64,000 nucleotides of DNA from Anaerohalosphaeraceae bacterium (GCA_963675525.2 CAXXSL010000001.1:160001-224000), one strand, 5' to 3'. Positions 8,417 through 18,191 are shown, counted from the first letter of the stretch. Program-made: numbers and translations. Notes: generated from the sequence alone by a model not told the origin.

Positions 8417-9282
8417 TTCGACCCCGCTGGGGTCGGTGGGTGTGGGGTGTGATTGCTTTCCCCGGGTTTCGCCCGGGGCTATTATTGTTTAAGCCCGTTG
8501 GGCTTATGGGATTTTTTGATATTTATGTCGCCCGCTGCGCGGACTCACAGAGGGGGATTGCGATTTTCATCCACGCCCTGACGGGCGAGGCTACAACATG
8601 ACGTCTGCTGCGCAGACTTTGGATTGACGATTGACGAACACGGACGATCATGGACAGAATGGACGGGGTGGATGTTTCGATTTTCTATTGATAATTGAAT
8701 AATGGGGGAGTTTTATTCTTCCGCCGCAATACTACGGGTGAAAACCCGTAGATGAAGTTAGCCGCCTCTGGCGGGCGGGCGAAGCCCGAAAAGGCAAATA
8801 CTATGGGTGTTAACCCATAGAAATTTATTCGACCCCCCATTCGGCTACGCTCAGGGCAGGCTTTAGGGTCGGTGGGTGTGGGGTGTTAGTATTGTCATGT
8901 TATATTGCCCTTACAGGGCGTGATGTGGTTATGGGGGCCACGGTCCCAGGGCGTTGCCCTGGGCTAAGTTATTCTGCACCTTCGGTGCGTTTTTTGAAGT
9001 TACCGGTCCCCTCTCCCTTTCGATTTTCTATTGATTATTGAATAATGGGGGAGTTTTCTTCGACCCCGTTGGGGTCGGTGGGTGTGGGGTGTGATTGCTT
9101 TCCCCGGGTTTCGCCCGGGGCTATTATTATTAAAGCCCTTCGGGCTTATGGAATTTTTCTGATATTTATGTCGCCCGCTGCGCGGGCTCACAGAGGGGGG
9201 ATTGCGATTTTCATCCACGCCCTGACGGGCGAGGCTACAACATGACGTCTGCTGCGCAGACTTTGGATTGACGATGGACGAA
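8417..9282. repeat. About 220-bp near-identical direct repeat (8417-8638, 9059-9282) plus an interrupted partial middle copy, built from palindromic REP-like hairpins
   Basis: Copies align almost base for base. Hairpins GACCCCnnnGGGGTC, CCCGGGtttcgCCCGGG and AGCCCnnnGGGCT. Linker 8675-8714 repeats at 9018-9057. Confidence 0.9.
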
Positions 9283-9440
9283 TGACGATGGACGAATTAT
9301 GATTGACGATTGACGATTGAGGAAGGAATAAAAGGGAGAAAGGGGGAGGATTGTCGAGTGAAGATGGACGATTGAGGAATGACGATTGACGAAGGAATAA
9401 AAGGGAGAAAGGGGGAGGATTGTCGAATGACGAATGACGA
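9283..9440. repeat. GACGA(T/A)T heptamer tandem tract with a 47-bp duplication
   Basis: 9311-9357 and 9380-9426 differ at one base. Confidence 0.8.
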
Positions 9441-9462
9441 AGGGTGACAATTTTCAATTTCG

Positions 9463-9490
9463 CTGGATACCCGCCTTCGCGGGTATGACA
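9463..9490. repeat. REP-like hairpin CTGGATACCCGCCTTCGCGGGTATGACA
   Basis: Perfect ATACCCGC/GCGGGTAT stem with CTTC loop. Confidence 0.6.
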
Positions 9491-9510
9491 TGAGGCAGTG
9501 GAGATGACAA

Positions 9511-9540
9511 TAAAAAAGCCCGGTTGTTTAAACCGGGCCT
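9511..9540 (-). terminator. Intrinsic terminator of rplU
   Basis: Minus strand GCCCGGTT-taaac-AACCGGGC followed by TTTTTT. Confidence 0.8.
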
Positions 9541-9569
9541 GGAGCTGACTGGGTATTGATAAAACGATA

Positions 9570-9899
9570 TTATGCTTCGATATCGTCGATGATCACCTGC
9601 AGGTACTTCTGGCGATGGCCTATACGTCGACTGCTGTTTTTACGACGACGAAAGTGCATGGGGTACAGTTTCGGACCCTTTTCTACGGCTTCATCGGCGG
9701 TGACTTTGAAGCTGGCAACCACCTTGGCGCCATCCAGATAGGGGGTTCCCACCTGAATTTTTTTGCCGTCACTGACAAACATGACCTTGTCCAGCACGAT
9801 GCTCTTTGCATCAGCCGGAGCATCGGTCAGTTCGATGTTAATGACGTCGCCTTTGGCAACCTTATATTGCTTACCGCCTTGTTCGATTACTGCGTACAT
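9570..9899 (-). CDS. rplU: 50S ribosomal protein L21
   Basis: MYAVIEQGGKQYKV, GTPYLDGAKV, RRRKNS.RRIGHRQ; GAGGAG RBS. Confidence 0.97.
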   Translation of the reverse strand: MYAVIEQGGKQYKVAKGDVINIELTDAPADAKSIVLDKVMFVSDGKKIQVGTPYLDGAKVVASFKVTADEAVEKGPKLYPMHFRRRKNSSRRIGHRQKYLQVIIDDIEA

Positions 9900-10174
9900 G
9901 TAATAACTCCTCGCGGGACAAAGATTTATAATCGCGTTTTCTACACTTAATACAGAATGAAGTATTCTATGGATTTGAAGGGTGTTTGTAAAGTAAAAAT
10001 TGCAAAGTATCAATAAATCGATAAGTCGTTTAAATAAATAGAGTTACGGCTAAAGGGGCCAGTGCTTCCCAACGGGATTTAGGCAAATCTCTATTTTTTT
10101 TTGAGCCCTCTTGCATGTTTAGCCCCTGAAGGCTATGATTTGGGCAACTTTAACCCCGCAAGGAGAAATGCGAT

Positions 10175-11029
10175 ATGGACGTTGCGATGATCAACGATGA
10201 AATGCTCCCAATGAGCGAACTGTCTGCCCCGTATCTGGATCGCGGCATCTTTTTCGGCGATGGAGTTTATGAAGTTATCCGAAGCTATGATGGCCGGATT
10301 TTCGCCCTGGATGAGCACCTGGCCCGGTTCCGGCGTTCATTGCATGAGGTCCAAATAGACGACCCGTCTATTGAGACGGTTCGCGGGAAGATCTTAGAAG
10401 CCTTTGAAACAGCCGGGTACGCCAATGCCAGGATCTATTTTCATGTCACCCGCGGTTCTGAAGAACGCAACCACCTTCCGAGTCAGGGCTTACAGCCAAA
10501 CTTTTTTCTGACAATTGATCAACTGCATGATAATCCCGAAGCCAAACAAAAGGGGATCGCCGTCAGTACCCAACCGGACTGGCGATGGAAGCGATGCGAC
10601 ATTAAGTCGCTGAATTTACTGCCGAATGTGCTTGCGCGGATCGCCGCTGAAAAGCAGGGCGCATCCGAAGCGATTCTTGTAGGTGATGACGGAACAATTA
10701 CCGAGGGGGCGGGTTCGGCGTTTTTTGCGATTGATACCAAAGAACATGCGGTTATTACCCGCCCGCTGGGCCGTGAAATTCTGCCGTCGATTACCCGTGA
10801 AAAAGTGCTGTCAGTGTTGCCGAAAAAGCGGGTCTGAAAACACTCGAGCGGATTCTGACTCCCCGGCAGGCCGCCGATTGTGACGAACTTTTTCTTGCCG
10901 TAACGACCAAAGACGTCGTTCCGGTTACTCGTTTCGACGGCCAGATAGTCGGCAGCGGGCAGTGCGGACTCGCTCACGCAAAAGCTGGTCGAAGAATTCA
11001 AGGAATTTGTACGAAATAAAGCCCCGTGA
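10175..11029 (+). pseudogene. Class IV aminotransferase (D-amino-acid transaminase-like), two frameshifts near 10815 and 10970
   Basis: DRGIFFGDGVYE, CDIKSLNLL, TEG, ILPSITR. Continuation AEKAG..DELFLAVTTKDVVPV..DGQIVG lies in another frame; tail LTQKLVEEF returns to the original frame. Confidence 0.75.
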
Positions 11030-11051
11030 TTTTCGATTGTTGATTTGAGAT

Positions 11052-11080
11052 TTGACAGGCTTCAAACGGCCGATTAGAAT
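11052..11080 (+). promoter_or_regulatory. Sigma70-type promoter for trxA
   Basis: TTGACA-17 nt-TAGAAT. Confidence 0.7.
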
Positions 11081-11133
11081 AATGCTGATCATAAACAATT
11101 AGGAAACGAACGGCTGAAACGAAAGGGATAATT

Positions 11134-11460
11134 ATGGCTGGTAATGTAATTGAACTGACCGATGCGACATTCGAATCAACCATCAGCGGCACAGGGCCGA
11201 CACTTGTGGATTTCTGGGCCCCGTGGTGCGGTCCCTGCAAGATGCTGACGCCGGTGATTGAAGAAATCGCCGATGAATATCACGGCAAGGCGACTATCTG
11301 CAAGATGAATACTGATGACCATCGCGATGCGGCTATCGAATACGCCATCAGTGCCATCCCGACGATTATCCTTTTCAACGGCGGAGAGGTGGTCAAAAAA
11401 TGGGTTGGTTTGACAACCAAGCAGGATATGACGGATGCGATCGACGAATTGGTTGGCTAA
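11134..11460 (+). CDS. trxA: Thioredoxin
   Basis: VDFWAPWCGPCK, IPT. Confidence 0.97.
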   Translation: MAGNVIELTDATFESTISGTGPTLVDFWAPWCGPCKMLTPVIEEIADEYHGKATICKMNTDDHRDAAIEYAISAIPTIILFNGGEVVKKWVGLTTKQDMTDAIDELVG

Positions 11461-11542
11461 TCTGACGCGTAATTTTGCGTAAAAAAGAGAAATTTTGGTG
11501 CTATAGCCTTGTAATAAAATGAGTTTTTTGTTATAAGTGAAG

Positions 11543-11620
11543 AAAGCTCCTTCTGCCGCCTGTGGAAGCCCAGGAAAGCGCACGCTTTTCACAACGGGTC
11601 TGCAGGCGGTCTTTTTTTTT
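11543..11620 (+). ncRNA. Candidate small structured RNA (about 78 nt)
   Basis: TTGTAA-17-TATAAG promoter (11509-11537), long hairpin CCGCCTG/CAGGCGG, then a T9 run. Confidence 0.45.
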
Positions 11621-11731
11621 CAATTTTCAGCGTTCTGGCATATTTTCTTGTCCCCAAATGGGGTAGTGGTATAATAACTGCACGGATTGAGGGCACTGTA
11701 TTCGGAAGACTGAATCTAAAAAGGGTTGATT

Positions 11732-12124
11732 ATGGATGAAAACTCTCATGAAAAGCCTCGAACGTTGATTGTCGAAGATGACCCCGGACACCAGCGGCTT
11801 ATAGAACTTTATCTGAAACGGGCAGGCTGTGTTTGCGATTTTGCCTTTGATGGAAAATCAGGACTGGAAAAAGCGAAGACGGAAGATTATGATATCATTT
11901 TTATGGATTTGAATATTCCCGAGATGGATGGTTTCATGGTCGCGACGCTCTTACGGGAGCAGGGCAATCAAACTCCCATGGTTGCAGTAACAGCGCTTGA
12001 GATTGAGGGGGTTAAACGAAAAGCCCAAATGGTAGGTTACAATGACTTTTTGGCGAAACCTTTTGCGCAATCCGCTATAGTTGCATTACTGGAAAAATAT
12101 TTCCCGGGTCATGTCCAACGTTGA
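11732..12124 (+). CDS. Single-domain response regulator (REC)
   Basis: LIVEDD, IIFMDLNIPEMDG, VTA, LAKPF. Upstream TTGTCC-16-TATAAT. Confidence 0.93.
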   Translation: MDENSHEKPRTLIVEDDPGHQRLIELYLKRAGCVCDFAFDGKSGLEKAKTEDYDIIFMDLNIPEMDGFMVATLLREQGNQTPMVAVTALEIEGVKRKAQMVGYNDFLAKPFAQSAIVALLEKYFPGHVQR

Positions 12125-12270
12125 CAGACGCACAACTCCGGGTGTGCGAAGATGTCGGCCGCATTTTTTCTACTGAGAAATAACCGTATCACCGGATCGC
12201 GTTGCAATAAATTTACTCAAAAAGGCGAAAATGACGATAAAGAGATTGTTTTTACGATTTACTGTGATTA

Positions 12271-13893
12271 ATGGAGAAAATAAAAAACCCGATGTTTAAA
12301 GGATTTCGACAGATCGCTTTTTTGACGGTAATCAGCCGGGTTTTCGGAATGGTTCGGGATATGGCATTCTCGTACTTTTTCGGCCTGAGCGGAATGATGG
12401 ATATTTGGGCGATTGCTTTCATGATCCCCAACTTGTCTCGGCGTATTTTCGGTGAGGGCGCTGCCTCATCTTCATTGATTCCTGTTTACAGCGAAGCACT
12501 GAAAAAAGAGAAAGCGTATTCCGTCGATCTGGCCCGGACAGTAGTGACGGTTGTCTTTGTAATACTGGCGGCGGTCGTTATTGCCGGCGAAATAGGCATC
12601 TGGGTTTACTGTAAACACTATGACCCGATTCCGAACACCCGTCGGATGCTATTGTTGGTAGCGATTATGCTGCCGTATATGTGCCTGATTTGCACGGTAG
12701 CAATTCTGGCCGGACTGCTCAATTCTCACCGGCACTTTGCGATGCCCGCAGCGGCACCCATCATGCTTAATCTCATTATCATCAGCATTCTCTGTATCAG
12801 TGGTTGGGGCTTTAAGATAATCCCCGAAAAACAGGTTTTTGTGCTTGCTGTCGGAGTGCTTTTTGCGGGGGGGGTTCAACTTCTGATGCAGATTGTGCCG
12901 TTGACAAGGCACGGGGTTATTTTGCGACCGGCCTGGTATGTCCAAACCGAGGCCTTCAAAAAAATCATGTATCTGATGGGGCCCATGATCCTGGGGTTAA
13001 CTGTAACGCAGTTGAATACGCTTGCCGATGGGGTTATTGCCAAGTGGCTCTCGGCCTCCGACCAAAAAGGCGAAACCTTGATGTGGCTTGGCAGAGAAGT
13101 GGCGTATCCGGCACGTCAGGGGGCTGTTGCCAGCCTGTATTTTGCACAGCGGTTGTATCAATTCCCCTTGGGAGTACTGGGGATTTCACTGGCAACGGCA
13201 ATCTTCCCTATACTGAGTGCCGCCGCAGCGGATAAAGATGAAAAATTGCTTCGCCAAACGATTCAGCGAGGATTTGCCGCGGCTATTTTTATTGCGATGC
13301 CTGCGACAATCGGACTCTTGCTTGTTTCACGTCCCTTGACAGCCGTTCTTTATCAGCATGGTCAATTTGGTCGCGAGGACACGCTGCAAGTGCAGATGGT
13401 GTTAATTTTTTACTCGCTCGGCCTGTGCGGATATTTTCTTCAGCAACTGGTAACACGGGCGTTTTATTCGATGAAAGATTCCAAATGGCCGGCACGTACC
13501 GCGATGATTGCTGTTGCAGTCAATATTGTGTTAAACCTGACACTGATCTGGCCGTTGGGCGTCAGTGGGTTGGCGTTATCCACCGCGATTTGCTCCTATT
13601 TACAGGTTCTCATTTTACTGGTCCTTTTGAGTCGTAAATTCAAGTTCACTATCTCGAAGAACGTGCTGTCTTTATCGGCGAAAACGATTATTGCAACGGC
13701 ACTAATGGCAGGAGCCGGGTGGGTTACCCTAAAGCTTATGCCCGAACAGACGTCCCATAAGACAGGCGACCTTATACAGGTTGTCACGTTGGTAGCTGTG
13801 TGTTCCGGGGTATACATTGTCGTATCACACAGGTTAGGTAATCCGATGCTGTCATTGCTGTTTAAAGCACGAAAAAACCCGAAAATCACTTAA
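12271..13893 (+). CDS. murJ: Lipid II flippase MurJ (MviN)
   Basis: SRVFGMVRD, IPNLSRRIFGEGA, AQRLYQFPLGVLG, RAFYS; multi-TM. Confidence 0.95.
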   Translation: MEKIKNPMFKGFRQIAFLTVISRVFGMVRDMAFSYFFGLSGMMDIWAIAFMIPNLSRRIFGEGAASSSLIPVYSEALKKEKAYSVDLARTVVTVVFVILAAVVIAGEIGIWVYCKHYDPIPNTRRMLLLVAIMLPYMCLICTVAILAGLLNSHRHFAMPAAAPIMLNLIIISILCISGWGFKIIPEKQVFVLAVGVLFAGGVQLLMQIVPLTRHGVILRPAWYVQTEAFKKIMYLMGPMILGLTVTQLNTLADGVIAKWLSASDQKGETLMWLGREVAYPARQGAVASLYFAQRLYQFPLGVLGISLATAIFPILSAAAADKDEKLLRQTIQRGFAAAIFIAMPATIGLLLVSRPLTAVLYQHGQFGREDTLQVQMVLIFYSLGLCGYFLQQLVTRAFYSMKDSKWPARTAMIAVAVNIVLNLTLIWPLGVSGLALSTAICSYLQVLILLVLLSRKFKFTISKNVLSLSAKTIIATALMAGAGWVTLKLMPEQTSHKTGDLIQVVTLVAVCSGVYIVVSHRLGNPMLSLLFKARKNPKIT

Positions 13894-13936
13894 AAACACT
13901 CTGTATACAGCCGATGAACTCTTTTGCCGGGAGTAT

Positions 13937-13965
13937 TTGACGGATAATGACCCTCTGGATATAAT
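13937..13965 (+). promoter_or_regulatory. Sigma70-type promoter
   Basis: TTGACG-17-TATAAT. Confidence 0.7.
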
Positions 13966-14008
13966 ACCGGCAAGAATACGGATTTATAGTTATGTGGGCA
14001 AATCATAA

Positions 14009-16372
14009 ATGTTTGGAGAACGAATGATCAGCCAGAGCAGCTTTAGACTTGCAATTATCAGTATATTTATATCTTTCTTTTCAGGAACGGTACTTTCTGA
14101 GGCACTTGAACCGGAAGCATTGTTTTCCCAGAATACGGCAGAGATCTTTATTCAGCAGGCACGCCAGGTTTATCGCCATGACCCGTTGGACCCTCAGGGG
14201 ATTGAGTATGCGATGACCTTTCTGGAGGCCGCATTGGCTTTGGATGAAGGGTCTGCTTCTGTACCCGAACAAATCCTGAAGATCGCTGCTTGCGGAGGTT
14301 ATTGCAATAGAGATTATTCCAATCGCCTATTATGGGCGATGGATCGCCATGTCGATAAGCAAGCCGATCTGGAACTTTTGACGGGGGCCGTTCGTTCTTT
14401 GCTGGAACAGCAAAATTCGCGTTTGGATCGTGAAGTGCTTTTGGAAGGGCTGTTGAAAAAGTATGCTCCGAAAAATGAAACATTTGGTTCTGATCTGGCG
14501 ACACAATTGGGACTCCTGGCCGCAGAGAAGGCGGACATGCAAAGCGCGATGGATGATCTGGCGTATGCCTACCAGTTGAATCGTTATAATCGACTGGCTT
14601 TTATTAAGCTGCAGGAGTTATCCGCTGGTCAGGAACTTTCGGTAACCCCCGAGGTTTATCTGCTGCAATTACGGTCGGCATTGGATGTCAGCCCTTATAA
14701 CATGGATCACATTCTGGCCTATGCCCAAACACTTACCCGGATGCAGATGTACGATGCGGCAGGACGAGCGTATGAATATGCCGCCCAGTTGTATCAGTTT
14801 TCATTTCCTGAGCGACCTCTGGACGAATCGATTTTGCTGCCTTGGCTATTATGCTGTTATCAGGCCCCCCGCCAGGAAACCAAGTGTATAGAGATTGCCG
14901 AAAAGTACCGTGACCCGGCGCGGTTTGACCTAATGCTCGAAGCGGTTTCAGGGAAGGCCTCGGTGAAACTCGGACAGGTTGAAAAAGGCAAAGAGATTCT
15001 GGATACCACTGGAAAGAAGGCCGAAAAGCTGCTTTCGGCAAAGGGCTTGATGAAGCCGATTTACCCGGAGCAACTGGCATGGTTTTACAGTTTTGTTCTG
15101 GAACGCCCGGACAAGGCACTGGCATGGGCCAATCAAGCCTATAAAGAAGCCCCACAACGTCAAGGTGTTCAGGAAATATTTGCTTATACCCTGTCTCAAA
15201 GCGATCAATTGGAGTTGGCAAAGGAGTATGCCGAATCATTACAGAATTCAAGCCAGGTTGCATCATTGACGATGGGGTTGGCATTGCTCGCCGAACAGAA
15301 CCAGCTGTCGCGGGCGCTGGAATTGCTCAGATCCGCTGTGGCGATGCAGCCGGAATCTTTTGCTGCTGAGAAAGCACTTTGGTTATTGAAAAATCAAAAC
15401 TCGGATTACATTCTGCCGATATCTGTAACCACTGCTCAGGCGGAGCTGAAAAAGGTTTACGAAGGCCATCTTGTTCCGGAGTTTGTCCTGCCACAAAAAC
15501 GGTTTTCAGGGAAACTGGTATTTAATGGGTCCGAATTTTTCTATGGCAATGATCTTTCTCCGAGGTTGATCATTGAAAACATCGGGACGGATCCTTTAAT
15601 GATCGGTCCGGGGAGCCTCATTGAAGGAAGACTAAGAGTCGATGTGTCTTTGAAGGGGGATTTGAATGTTGAAATTCCTGATCTTCTTTCCATGAAGTTT
15701 CGTCCTTCTCGTCCGGTATTGCCCGGCGAACATCTTTCTGTGTCCCTGCCGCTGGATATCGGAAAACTCAATAAATTATTGCTAACCTATCCTCAAGCGA
15801 ATGTGGAGATACTTTTTTCGGTTTATCTCGATCCGGTCTTGGATGAAAATGGCCGGGTTGAAAATGCGTTGAAGGGAACCGAACCCATTCGAGGTCGAAT
15901 TCAACGAGATGGTGTTGTTTTGACTCGGGATTACCTGATGCAGCGACTGGAATCGCTTTCCAATGGGCAGCAGGGGCAGCAGATTCGTGCAGTCAAACTG
16001 TTTGCCGGGTTGTTGGCTGAACAAAAGGTTTTTGAGATCAGCCATGCCGATTTCCAACATGTCAAAGTACCACAGGAGTTACTGCAGGACGCAGTACGCC
16101 GTGCTCTTAAGGATGAAAGTTGGAAAATTCGAATTCAGGCTCTTGAATGTCTTGCTTCTCTGTCTATGCCGCTTGATTCCCAATTGATAGAGGATATTTC
16201 ACAGAACCTGAACCATGAAAAATGGCCCGTTCGATTGATAGCTATGTATTTGTTAGCCAATATGCAGCCCCAGACGTTCCAGAATGTCCTTGATTGGACC
16301 GCGCAACATGATCCTTATCCTATCAACCGACGTATGGCCGTTGCTCTGGGGGCGAAAGAGTCAAAACCCTGA
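14009..16372 (+). CDS. Secreted TPR/HEAT-repeat hypothetical protein
   Basis: Signal peptide, helical repeats, C-terminal HEAT-like WKIRIQALECL and WPVRLIAMYLL. Confidence 0.75.
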   Translation: MFGERMISQSSFRLAIISIFISFFSGTVLSEALEPEALFSQNTAEIFIQQARQVYRHDPLDPQGIEYAMTFLEAALALDEGSASVPEQILKIAACGGYCNRDYSNRLLWAMDRHVDKQADLELLTGAVRSLLEQQNSRLDREVLLEGLLKKYAPKNETFGSDLATQLGLLAAEKADMQSAMDDLAYAYQLNRYNRLAFIKLQELSAGQELSVTPEVYLLQLRSALDVSPYNMDHILAYAQTLTRMQMYDAAGRAYEYAAQLYQFSFPERPLDESILLPWLLCCYQAPRQETKCIEIAEKYRDPARFDLMLEAVSGKASVKLGQVEKGKEILDTTGKKAEKLLSAKGLMKPIYPEQLAWFYSFVLERPDKALAWANQAYKEAPQRQGVQEIFAYTLSQSDQLELAKEYAESLQNSSQVASLTMGLALLAEQNQLSRALELLRSAVAMQPESFAAEKALWLLKNQNSDYILPISVTTAQAELKKVYEGHLVPEFVLPQKRFSGKLVFNGSEFFYGNDLSPRLIIENIGTDPLMIGPGSLIEGRLRVDVSLKGDLNVEIPDLLSMKFRPSRPVLPGEHLSVSLPLDIGKLNKLLLTYPQANVEILFSVYLDPVLDENGRVENALKGTEPIRGRIQRDGVVLTRDYLMQRLESLSNGQQGQQIRAVKLFAGLLAEQKVFEISHADFQHVKVPQELLQDAVRRALKDESWKIRIQALECLASLSMPLDSQLIEDISQNLNHEKWPVRLIAMYLLANMQPQTFQNVLDWTAQHDPYPINRRMAVALGAKESKP

Positions 16373-16538
16373 TTTTCCTTAAACGTATATAGGTTTTATT
16401 CAATTTTTCGGTCTTAAAACGCGTTTTTTTATATTTTTCTAAAAAAAGTATTTGTATTCAATCCCAAATTTTTGTAAACTTCCCAACCTGTTTAGAGAGT
16501 TATAGAAGAGAAATAAAACCGTTTGAAAGGATGTGACA

Positions 16539-16712
16539 ATGCCGGCAAAAGTAAATGCAGATACATGCACAGGTTGTGGTGCTTGCGTGGATTCTTGTCC
16601 CAGTGAAGCAATTGAAATGCAGGATGGCAAAGCCGTTATTGATCCTGATAAGTGTGTTGATTGCGGTGTATGTGTGGACGAGTGTCCCGTTGAAGCGATC
16701 AGCATGGAGTAA
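16539..16712 (+). CDS. 2[4Fe-4S] ferredoxin, 57 aa (absent from ORF track)
   Basis: [57 protein letters not shown]; two CxxCxxCxxxCP motifs; GAAAGGA RBS. Confidence 0.95.
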   Translation: MPAKVNADTCTGCGACVDSCPSEAIEMQDGKAVIDPDKCVDCGVCVDECPVEAISME

Positions 16713-16728
16713 GACATTTAGCAGTAGG

Positions 16729-16803
16729 GGTCCCATCGTCTAGTCGGGCCTAGGACACCGGGTTTTCAACCCGGCAACAGGGGTTCGAATCCCCTTGGGA
16801 CTA
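16729..16803 (+). tRNA. tRNA-Glu (TTC)
   Basis: Acceptor GGTCCCA/TGGGACT, anticodon arm CCGGG-TTTTCAA-CCCGG, T-arm GGTTCGAATCC; no encoded CCA. Confidence 0.95.
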
Positions 16804-16806
16804 TCG

Positions 16807-16840
16807 GGTGCGAATCGTTAAGATTCGCACCTTTTTTTTT
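16807..16840 (+). terminator. Intrinsic terminator after tRNA-Glu
   Basis: GGTGCGAATC-gttaa-GATTCGCACC then a T run. Confidence 0.9.
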
Positions 16841-17005
16841 ACGCTCGTAAATTAATGCATTCAATAGTACTGTATCATCCCCCTGGTTCTATATTATCGC
16901 GCGGAATATAGCTCGTCAAAAACATGAATTGTGTTTGACGGAGATTTTGTATATAATAACAGACACAGAAAAATTATCTTTTGATACTTCTGCATGGAAA
17001 TAATT

Positions 17006-18136
17006 ATGACCCGGCCGTTCACATTACTCATTAAGCCGGCAGGTCCGGACTGTAACATTGCGTGTGAGTACTGCTTTTATTCGTGTAAGAGCGAGCTATT
17101 CGGAGTCGGTCCGCACCGAATGAGCGATGAGATTCAAGAGCATCTGATTAAAAGCTATCTTGAATGCTGCTTTGAGCAGAGCAGTTTTGCCTTTCAAGGT
17201 GGTGAACCAACCTTGATGGGGTTGGATTTTTACAAACGGCTGGTGGAATTACAAACCCGGTATGCCAAACCCGGTCAGGGGGTGACCAATGCACTGCAAA
17301 CCAACGGCATTCTTCTGGACGACCAGTGGGGGAAATTCCTCGCCGAATATAAATTCCTGACGGGTATCAGCCTGGATGGCCCGAAAGAATATCATGACGT
17401 TTATCGCAAAGACCGTGCCGGCAGCGGTACATTTGATCGCGTCATGGCGGGAATTGAGGTCTGCCGGCGGAATAATGCAGAATATAATGTCCTTGTTCTG
17501 CTCAATAACATCAACGTTCAGCATCCGAATGAATTGTTCGATTTTTTCATTGGGCTGGGGATTCAGTATCTCCAGTTTGTCCCTTGTGTGGAGAAGGCCG
17601 AAAAGGACTCGCAAAAAGCCGCTCCGCACAGCATCAAGCCCGAAGAATACGGAAACTTTATGATCCGCATCTTTGACCGATGGCTGGACTACGACATACG
17701 AAAACTTAGTGTGCGTCTGTTCGACAGTATACTTAGTTACCTGCTGGGTAATCCGCATACCGAATGTACCTTTGGCCGATGGTGTGCGGATTATATTGTG
17801 ATTGAACACAACGGCGACGCGTTCTGCTGTGATTTTTACGTAACCGGTGATACCCGTTTGGGCAATATCATGGAAACGCCGATTGGCCGGTTGGGGGGTG
17901 ATGAAATAAAACGTGCCTTTAACCGAAAAAAGATGGACATCAACAATAAATGTCTCGTTTGCCGATTCCTCGATATCTGCCGAGGAGGGTGCCCGAAAGA
18001 CCGCGCCATGCTGACTGGTACACACACAGCGCCCAGCTATTTCTGTGAGGGCTATAAGATGTTTTTTGCATATGCACTGCCTCGATTAAAAACTATCGCA
18101 CACGATATTCAGACAGGCAAATATTATAGAGTCTAA
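17006..18136 (+). CDS. Anaerobic sulfatase maturase (radical SAM/SPASM)
   Basis: LLIKPAGPDCNIACEYCFY, FQGGEPTL, QTNG, ISLDGP, CRGGCPK..YFCEGYK. Confidence 0.93.
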   Translation: MTRPFTLLIKPAGPDCNIACEYCFYSCKSELFGVGPHRMSDEIQEHLIKSYLECCFEQSSFAFQGGEPTLMGLDFYKRLVELQTRYAKPGQGVTNALQTNGILLDDQWGKFLAEYKFLTGISLDGPKEYHDVYRKDRAGSGTFDRVMAGIEVCRRNNAEYNVLVLLNNINVQHPNELFDFFIGLGIQYLQFVPCVEKAEKDSQKAAPHSIKPEEYGNFMIRIFDRWLDYDIRKLSVRLFDSILSYLLGNPHTECTFGRWCADYIVIEHNGDAFCCDFYVTGDTRLGNIMETPIGRLGGDEIKRAFNRKKMDINNKCLVCRFLDICRGGCPKDRAMLTGTHTAPSYFCEGYKMFFAYALPRLKTIAHDIQTGKYYRV

Positions 18137-18191
18137 CGTTCAGATCGGTCGACAAGCGATGCTTGAAAATATGCTTAATCAGTAGATATAG
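18135..18191 (+). pseudogene. Degenerate 3' tail of a xylA-like gene
   Basis: 45/57 nt identical (hand alignment) to the xylA end at 39371-39427; VQIGRQAMLENMLNQ versus VQSGRQEMLENMLNEYI. Confidence 0.65.

Noticed and set aside
8417..9440. CRISPR array
   Set aside because: No constant 23-47 bp repeat with unique equal-length spacers, and no cas genes.
8410..9491. Short ORFs across the repeat nest
   Set aside because: Low-complexity translations of non-coding repeats.
16439..16743. Track ORFs overlapping the ferredoxin
   Set aside because: Alternative frames of the 57-aa ferredoxin.
16729..16803. tRNA-Glu as an integration site for an island ending at the integrase remnant
   Set aside because: No duplicate of the tRNA 3' end was seen elsewhere in the window.
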